A stretch of 64,000 nucleotides of DNA from the IMG/VR virus record IMGVR_UViG_3300027994_000001, positions 57,776 to 121,775 of that record; one strand, 5' to 3'. The notes beneath the pieces are model-generated. The model searched no databases. It was not told the origin of the DNA and saw only the letters and a program-made list of their open reading frames with translations. Source of the stretch: a virus (taxonomy: Duplodnaviria; Heunggongvirae; Uroviricota; Caudoviricetes). Numbering within the stretch: the first letter of the stretch is position 1; each line of letters begins with the position of its first letter. This document shows positions 57,559-64,000 of the stretch, one piece after another. The position numbers were made by a program, and so were the translations under genes.

Positions 57559-57903
57559 TTATTTGTTTTCCGCGAATTCCTCATCAAACAACTCACTGTC
57601 ATCTCTATCGCACCAGCATCTTGAACAATACCACTCTCTTGAATAAGTATCTGCATCACATTCTGGGCAGTATTCTATGTTATCAATAGTGTTTACTTTG
57701 GTTATATCGTATTTCCAATGCGCGCAGATATCTTTTCTGTGAACGTCTCTTTCTCTTGGATATAAACTGCAAACAAATATAGTATCTTCGGAACTCCTGT
57801 CATTTTTATCTTCATAAAGAAATTTCCCATTATTATCATATACACTGAATGGTAGTTTTCTTTTTGCGTACTTACAAGAAGAACAGCTGACTTTTAATTC
57901 CAT
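57559..57903 (-). CDS. cysteine-rich zinc-ribbon protein
   Basis: Multiple CxxC pairs: CSSC, CPEC, CSRCWC. Confidence 0.4.
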   Translation of the reverse strand: MELKVSCSSCKYAKRKLPFSVYDNNGKFLYEDKNDRSSEDTIFVCSLYPRERDVHRKDICAHWKYDITKVNTIDNIEYCPECDADTYSREWYCSRCWCDRDDSELFDEEFAENK

Positions 57904-59923
57904 TTATTCCCCACAATAGTTATTCCTTTTTCATATCTTATAGTGATAAAAAGAGCTGCTGTATAACACCCGTACTTATCTCCTTCATCTGAGTAGCCTA
58001 TCCATCCGTTATTTGTGTATCTTAGCCAATATTTTGTATTTGATTTACCTGTTGTGAAGATATCTCCGTCGTAAATATAAATTCCTTTTGAATCTTTTTC
58101 TCCCGTGCAGAATTCAATTACATATCTTTCTCCTGGTATATGAAACTCATCGTTTTCTGAATTATATAATCTGCCGTTTCTTGTAAGCATCCATCTATGG
58201 TCTGGTTCTTCACAGTATTCTTTTTGTTTTTTATCGTAGATTCTGTATTTCATCTGTTTCTTTTTAAATACCTTTTCCCGCTGAAAGCAGACTTAGGTTC
58301 ATTGAGACACTTACCCGTTCCGGTAGAAAACAGATAATGCTCTTCTCCAGTTTCAGTATCAAAATAATTATTCTCCAAAGTAATATAGTCTTTGTCTACT
58401 GACCTTATTGTTGACTCTTCTTCTGATGTTACTCCAAAGCAATCAAAATACATTGTTATTTTATCTCCTATTTTCATTACATTTCTTCTAATAAATTATT
58501 ATCAAGTAATAGTTGCTCATATTGGTATATGATGTCTATAGCTTCTTTAACTTTTTGTGCTGACTCGTCATCTAAGAATTTTTCTGGTTTAAAATAACCG
58601 CCTATAAATAAATCATAGTAAAAATCATCTGTCGGTACTGCTTCTAAATTTTCTTTTTTTAATTTCATCTGTTTTATTTTTTACGTTTCACTAGCCTTAA
58701 TTATTTGTGAAGATAGGGGGTTTTGTTGGATTGTGCAAGTGTTATGAGTTAAATTTTTCTGCATCAATAACAAAATTTCTAATTTCTTTGCCACAACACG
58801 GGCAATAATTAAGCCTGATTTTTGTGTTTAAAATGTGTGGCATTAAGTATTCTAATTTACCATCTGTTTGTAAATTAAACCATCCAAATATCTCTTTATT
58901 TTCTTCCATATTTTTTACATTTACAGGTTTGACATTTATTAAAAAATCTTAAACATATCGAGCATAATTTTAACGCTTTCATAATCCTAAATTTTATGCC
59001 TATTGGCGTTAGTGGGTTTAAATTAAATCAGAATCTTTAAACATTCTAAAAAGCTTTTCTAATTCATACGCTTTGTCTATATTTTTATTTTTATCCTTAA
59101 GAATTTGTTGAATATAATCGTAAATAGTTTTCTTAGGTTTTTTATTAAATTTTACTACTGGCATCCCAATTTATTTTAAAGTTTCTTTGTTTGTTGTGTG
59201 AAAGGTTTGTTCGAAAAGTTCTTCAGGTTTAAATGAAAATATTACATTTTCATCACAATCGACTTCACGAACCATTTGACATTTATTTGCAAAATCAATA
59301 ATTTGATTTTTTTCTGGTTCTAAATAGTTTTTAGCTGTTGTGATTACGTGATTTGGAATATTATCACGTTCTTTAATCCCCTCTAAGTATTCTATATATT
59401 CCGTTAAGGCTGTTTTCATAATTATTTTGATTTTTTAGGTTTTATTCCCGCGAATAAAGGAAATAGGGAGAAAATAAATCCAAACCCCAATCCCACGCAA
59501 ACAGATATTAATAAATTATCATCTTGAACTCTGGCAAGGCTGGCTAATACACATAATAAATAAGTTATTATCCATCCGCTCCAATTTAATCTTTTTAAAT
59601 ATTCCATTATAATTTCTGTTTTACTTCTTCTCGTTCTTTATAATATTCTTCTTTTTCAATCTTTTTGCCGGAAATACCTAAAATAAACTGCTTAAATACA
59701 TATGGGATATTATCTGCATCCATCCATTCTTTTCTAATCCTAATACCAGTAATATTTCCGAAGTTGGTGATTGTTTCCAAGGTATAATCTGCAAAACCTT
59801 CTTCATCAACCTCTTCTACAACCATTTTATATGAAATCAGATCTTCGTCTTCAAAATAATATGTTCCTGGATTTACTTCTACTTCTTCTGTTATGACTTC
59901 TTTAGTTTTTGTTATTTTCATAA

Positions 59924-60421
59924 TTATTTTCTGTTTAATATTCTTATTGCTTTTTCCGCGCAAATTCTAGTTAACCCATAACCTACATCTATGCAATCTG
60001 AATGGTTTATATTATTTGCAGTTCTTACAAAATTACTTCTCTGACTATTCAGCATATCGTTATCGTCATCTAAGATAACATAGTGTGTAACTTCTGTTTG
60101 GTGTTCATCCAGCCACTCTTGTATTTCATGTCCCCTTTCGACTTGATCATAGAATTCAAATTTACCTTCGCCTATTAATTGATAGCAGTCTATTGTCACA
60201 TCAATTATTTCTCCTGGCAAATCTCTGTCTGCCCACATTTGTTTCATTTTCTCTAGTCCCGCAAATCTCCAAGTAGAACTTATTACAATTTTGGCCTGAG
60301 TTTCATTTATAATCCATCTTAGATTATTTTCAAAATGTTTGTGAAAGAGTTGTCCATATTGATCATGTCCTTGACCATAAACATTTAAAACTCCATCAAT
60401 ATCTAAAAATATTACTTTCAT
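59924..60421 (-). CDS. HAD-superfamily phosphatase/nucleotidase
   Basis: N-terminal MKVIFLDIDGVLN (DxDG[TV] motif I), a later ISSTWR block (motif II Ser/Thr) and acidic distal motifs. Confidence 0.55.
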   Translation of the reverse strand: MKVIFLDIDGVLNVYGQGHDQYGQLFHKHFENNLRWIINETQAKIVISSTWRFAGLEKMKQMWADRDLPGEIIDVTIDCYQLIGEGKFEFYDQVERGHEIQEWLDEHQTEVTHYVILDDDNDMLNSQRSNFVRTANNINHSDCIDVGYGLTRICAEKAIRILNRK

Positions 60422-61105
60422 GAACTCTGTTTTTATTTATACAAATGTAGTAAATATATTTTAGACTGCAAAACTTTTTTCTGTTTTTATTTGTTTTTTG
60501 CGGAAAATAAAAAATCCCTCTGTTTTATGAGAGGGATGATTTTTAATGGCCTTTAACTTCGGCATTTATTGTTGGATGGTTTATCAATTCATTTGTTCTG
60601 CTTATGTTATACCTTTGGAAGTTTATTTCTTTTTCTATTCTCCAAATAACTTTATGAATGTTACTTAACATCCCTTCAGGCGGTTCAACTCCTTTGGTGG
60701 TTTCACTAGCCTCAGGCTCTGGAGTTGCAGACAATAAACTCTGATTTAAATTATAATGGTTTTCATTATTTGAGTTTAACTGTCCTGATATTTCTTGTAA
60801 TTTGTAATATGCGTTTTCTAAATTCATTCTATTTAATTTTATTGGTTTTAAAATATTGTATTGCGCTGATTATATTATTTCCTTTATACATCTGTAACCA
60901 AATACTGAATATACTTTCAAACTGATCATATGGAATTACTTTAAATGATTCGCAATATAAATTATAGCAGATTTGCCAATTGTTTCCATTTCCTCTTTTG
61001 ATTATCTCGTCGAACCTTTCTTGTTTCATATCTATCGTCAATTGTAAACGATTATTTTGTGTAAGTGGTAGTAAGATATGCCTTGATGTATTTTAGTAGT
61101 TTAAA

Positions 61106-61867
61106 TTAACGAAAACGTCTTTCTGATTCCATTCGTCTTAAACACTCTAAAGCTGTCTCACCTTTTTTCATTTGGTATGAACAACCTACTGTACCACCTT
61201 TCCAGCTTCCTGCTCTTTCACCCATTTCATTTTTGAACTCAACTTCTATACAATGTCTCATCATCTTACCTAAGCCGAACCAGTTTCTCCACGTTCTTTT
61301 TTCTTCATAAATTTCAGCTGTTGTGTACTGTTTTTCGCCGGAATTTAAGGTATATGTATAAGGATGAGTTTCTAACAGTGTTTTATCTCCCCACACATCT
61401 TTATCCCAAAGATTATCACCTTTCTGTTCTGTGTACCATCCGTCTTTGTGTAAAACTTCTCTTTTATAAAACTTATACGCCCAGGGAAAATAAAAGGACT
61501 TCCAGCCTCTAATCCAAATTTCTGTTGGAAATCCACCATCTGCGTGATAAAACATTACTCCGTATGTAGGAGACTCTGCGTCATTATTTTTACCTGTGTC
61601 AAATGGAAGATGTAAATATATGCTTCCCCAGCTGTAAAAGCAGAAAAATAATGAAATTGGTAACAAATATAAGCTAAAAAACGGTAGAATTAATGCTAAT
61701 ATAGTTGTAAGATTTGTATTAATTTGTGGTCTAGGATCGAAATATCCATAAGGTTCATAACATAAGTAAAAACCTGTGCCTTTATTTCTTTGTGCGGAGA
61801 AAGTAAGCCACTCATTATAGTATTCTGTGTCTTGCTCTCTGAATTTTAATTTGAATGTTCCGATCAT
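61106..61867 (-). CDS. hypothetical membrane protein
   Basis: 253-aa ORF with an internal hydrophobic stretch ILALILPFFSLYLLPISLFFCFY. Confidence 0.4.
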   Translation of the reverse strand: MIGTFKLKFREQDTEYYNEWLTFSAQRNKGTGFYLCYEPYGYFDPRPQINTNLTTILALILPFFSLYLLPISLFFCFYSWGSIYLHLPFDTGKNNDAESPTYGVMFYHADGGFPTEIWIRGWKSFYFPWAYKFYKREVLHKDGWYTEQKGDNLWDKDVWGDKTLLETHPYTYTLNSGEKQYTTAEIYEEKRTWRNWFGLGKMMRHCIEVEFKNEMGERAGSWKGGTVGCSYQMKKGETALECLRRMESERRFR

Positions 61868-62334
61868 TATAAATTTATTTGTTTAAATTGGTTTTTGTAT
61901 AAAATAACGTCTAGTCCGTTATTAAATCGCTTAATTTGTTTCTTATTAAGTCCTAGTTTTCTAAGTTTATTAGCGAAAATCTTATTATTATTCTCGTCTT
62001 GTTTAGTCATTATCCTTTCATCTACTATAGATGAGTTACGAAGCGGATAAACCAATCTATCCCACTTATGAAACAGAATAAAATCTAATCCTTCATGTGT
62101 TAATCTGCCCGTATAGTCTGTAAGTATCATTGTACCTGCGGAAATCAATGCATCAGTCAATGTGATCTCAATATTATCGCCGAGGGAATTAAAGAAGTTA
62201 ATAAGACATCTCATAGGATCTAGGCTTCCGCCTTCTGTGCCAAACCAAAGTTTTATATTTTCTTTTCCGTCTATTTTTTCAATTAGTTTATTAACTGACT
62301 CTGCGTCTATGCTTTCATTAAAATAGTAATACAT
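61867..62334 (-). CDS. ClpP/NfeD-like serine protease (short, 155 aa)
   Basis: IKLWFGTEGGSLDPMRCLINFF...TDALISAGTMILT...GLDFILFH parallels ClpP INSPGGSVTAG...GQAASMG...MIHQP, with candidate Ser and His positions. Confidence 0.45.
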   Translation of the reverse strand: MYYYFNESIDAESVNKLIEKIDGKENIKLWFGTEGGSLDPMRCLINFFNSLGDNIEITLTDALISAGTMILTDYTGRLTHEGLDFILFHKWDRLVYPLRNSSIVDERIMTKQDENNNKIFANKLRKLGLNKKQIKRFNNGLDVILYKNQFKQINL

Positions 62335-62651
62335 TTATATTGTTTTATTGTATTTTTTATATGATGAACATTGCCTTTTATAAGTTGGTACATATGCGGA
62401 AGCTAATGTCACCTCGTCTGTTATTATGAAATAACTTTTGCTCTCAACATACTCTTTACTAATTTCTCCATTAATATCATAGTGTATTCCATCTATCTCG
62501 GTTATCCAATGCCCATCATTTTGAGAATAACAAGGTCTTGCGTTAGGATATACAGATTTGATTATTTTATAAAGCCTGAAACAGCTCCCCTCTGTGTATA
62601 TTTTATCGTTTAAATGATAACTATACTTAAGTTCTTTTAGGAAGTCTAGTA

Positions 62652-63392
62652 TCATTTACTTCCTAATTGGTAACCTGCGAATATTCCCGCCGCTATACCC
62701 ACTGGAATTAGTACTTTATTCCACCAGCTTTTAGTTCTAAGCTTATCGTTCTCTAATTCTAAGTTTTTATTTAGATTTGTCTGGAGTTGATTTACTTCTT
62801 TATATGAATTTAAAGATTTTTCCGCGGAAAACAATAAAACAGAAGAATTTTTTATCTGTTTATCTTTACTTACAATAACACTGTCTTTAATAGTAAGCTG
62901 ATTATCTTTTTCTTTAATTACTTCTGAAGCTGTGTTTGCATCAGAGACTGTCTCTAAAATTTGATAAGGTAAACTGCTTTTAATATCAATTGAGTTACTC
63001 GTAGCTGTTGCGTTTTTTCCTCCATAAACTGTATTTAATTCCTCGGCCACACCTTGTAGAGACAGATTTTTAATTTCTGTTTTCTTTTTGGTGTTGAGTG
63101 CTTGCAGTTCTTTTACTTTGTTTTCACTTTTTTCTGCCGATTTTTTAAGTTCTTTAATTCTGGCTTCTGCTTTAGCGTTTTCAAGTCTGATTGAATCTTT
63201 TTGTCGAAATCGTGCTTTCTCGGTAGCTACCAACCCATCTTTAAGTATTTGAACCTGCTCTTTGAGTATTTTATTCTCGCCGTGGATTTGATCAGCTTTT
63301 TTAGAGTTGCATGATCTGGCGGAAAAAAGAACAATAAGAGCAACTACTGCCCCAATTACCCACCACTTGTATTTATTTATTACTTCTTTCAT
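62652..63392 (-). CDS. membrane-anchored coiled-coil protein (candidate lysis or structural accessory, spanin-like topology)
   Basis: N-terminal hydrophobic segment WWVIGAVVALIVLFSARSC, a long Lys/Glu-rich coiled coil, and a C-terminal TM helix IPVGIAAGIFAGYQLG. Confidence 0.3.
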   Translation of the reverse strand: MKEVINKYKWWVIGAVVALIVLFSARSCNSKKADQIHGENKILKEQVQILKDGLVATEKARFRQKDSIRLENAKAEARIKELKKSAEKSENKVKELQALNTKKKTEIKNLSLQGVAEELNTVYGGKNATATSNSIDIKSSLPYQILETVSDANTASEVIKEKDNQLTIKDSVIVSKDKQIKNSSVLLFSAEKSLNSYKEVNQLQTNLNKNLELENDKLRTKSWWNKVLIPVGIAAGIFAGYQLGSK

Positions 63393-64000
63393 TTTGTACT
63401 TTATTAATTTGTCTTTTTAATTCAGATTTATTTAGTATATTACCTAAAAACAGTCCTGATTTATCATCTCTGATAATCACTTTATGTGAAGGTGTCATTC
63501 TATTAGTTCCATAAAATACTATTTCTAAACCATCTTTCTTAAATACAGAAGTTCCTCCATCTCTATACTGATCGTGATACTTAAAACCTATTTCATGGAT
63601 GTCTTCCTGATCCAGGTATTTTACTCTTATTTCTTTTTCAGTAATTTCCCCCTGTAAAGTATATTCTTCAAAAGATTTAAAAAATCCATCCGTATAGACT
63701 TCTTGTTGCCATTTTCCTGACATAAACCATTCGAATTCAAATCCTATGAAAAACTCTTCTGCGTCTGGTATATAGTATTTACTCATTTTTATTTTGTTTT
63801 ATACATAATCTAAACACACTAATCTCCCTTCATACCAGCCAAAATTTTCTTTTTTGTTATCTGTGCTACATAGAGGTTTGAAAAATTCTTTTTGCTCTTC
63901 TGTAAGATCTTCTAGCTTTGGTTCACACTTAGCTTGAAACTGTAGTAATCCAAAGTATGAACAAAAATAAGAAGGTGCTACATGTTCTACCATGTTTTCT

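Noticed and set aside
580-61512. All + strand six-frame ORFs, for example 580..885, 2856..3131, 4854..5123, 10044..10355, 21040..21393, 30551..30907, 33566..33874 and 61321..61512
   Set aside because: Each lies wholly inside a longer minus-strand ORF. They are low-complexity and Phe/Leu/Ile-rich, as expected from reading the AT-rich antisense strand, and none carries a recognisable motif.
1-64000. CRISPR array, rRNA, integrase or recombinase, terminase, capsid and portal genes
   Set aside because: No direct-repeat/spacer periodicity, no rRNA-like conserved blocks, no R...HxxR...Y integrase signature and no terminase Walker/nuclease pattern were seen in any ORF. The structural and packaging module presumably lies outside this window.

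Overview
This 64 kb window is AT-rich (about 30% GC) and tightly packed with roughly 150 short-to-medium ORFs, essentially all on the minus strand with overlapping or abutting start/stop codons. No rRNA, CRISPR array or cellular housekeeping gene is visible. The gene content is that of the replication, nucleotide-metabolism and early-gene region of a large dsDNA bacteriophage. A Bacteroidota host is an inference from the AT richness, lipobox/OMP signal peptides and weak SD sequences.

Recognisable genes:
- Replication: family-B DNA polymerase with intact 3'-5' exonuclease motifs; DnaB-like helicase ATPase; candidate AEP-type primase.
- Nucleases: DnaQ-like exonuclease; RecB/Cas4-like PD-(D/E)XK nuclease.
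- RNA-repair block: T4-type polynucleotide kinase/3'-phosphatase, an Rnl1-like RNA ligase, and two tandem Pol-beta-type nucleotidyltransferases.
- Homing-endonuclease-like genes: GIY-YIG directly behind the polymerase; one HNH; one HNH_3-like beside a DUF262 protein.
- Others: compact C5 cytosine methyltransferase; metallophosphoesterase; YopX; HAD phosphatase; SPFH/band-7 protein; ClpP/NfeD-like protease; MazF/PemK-like protein; and a lipoprotein plus outer-membrane beta-barrel pair.

The standout is a diversity-generating retroelement (DGR) at 35.2-37.3 kb. It has a reverse transcriptase with the DGR-specific GNFTSQ motif. A 61-bp template repeat lies in the intergenic space. A variable repeat in the C-terminus of a 187-aa target protein differs from the template at 14 positions, every one at a template adenine on the coding strand. 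A second, indel-containing VR-like copy sits at the C-terminus of the small ORF just downstream of the RT.

A T-run/CGCG-palindrome/A-run motif recurs more than 35 times, mostly just upstream of gene starts. All coordinates below are 1-based on the + strand.
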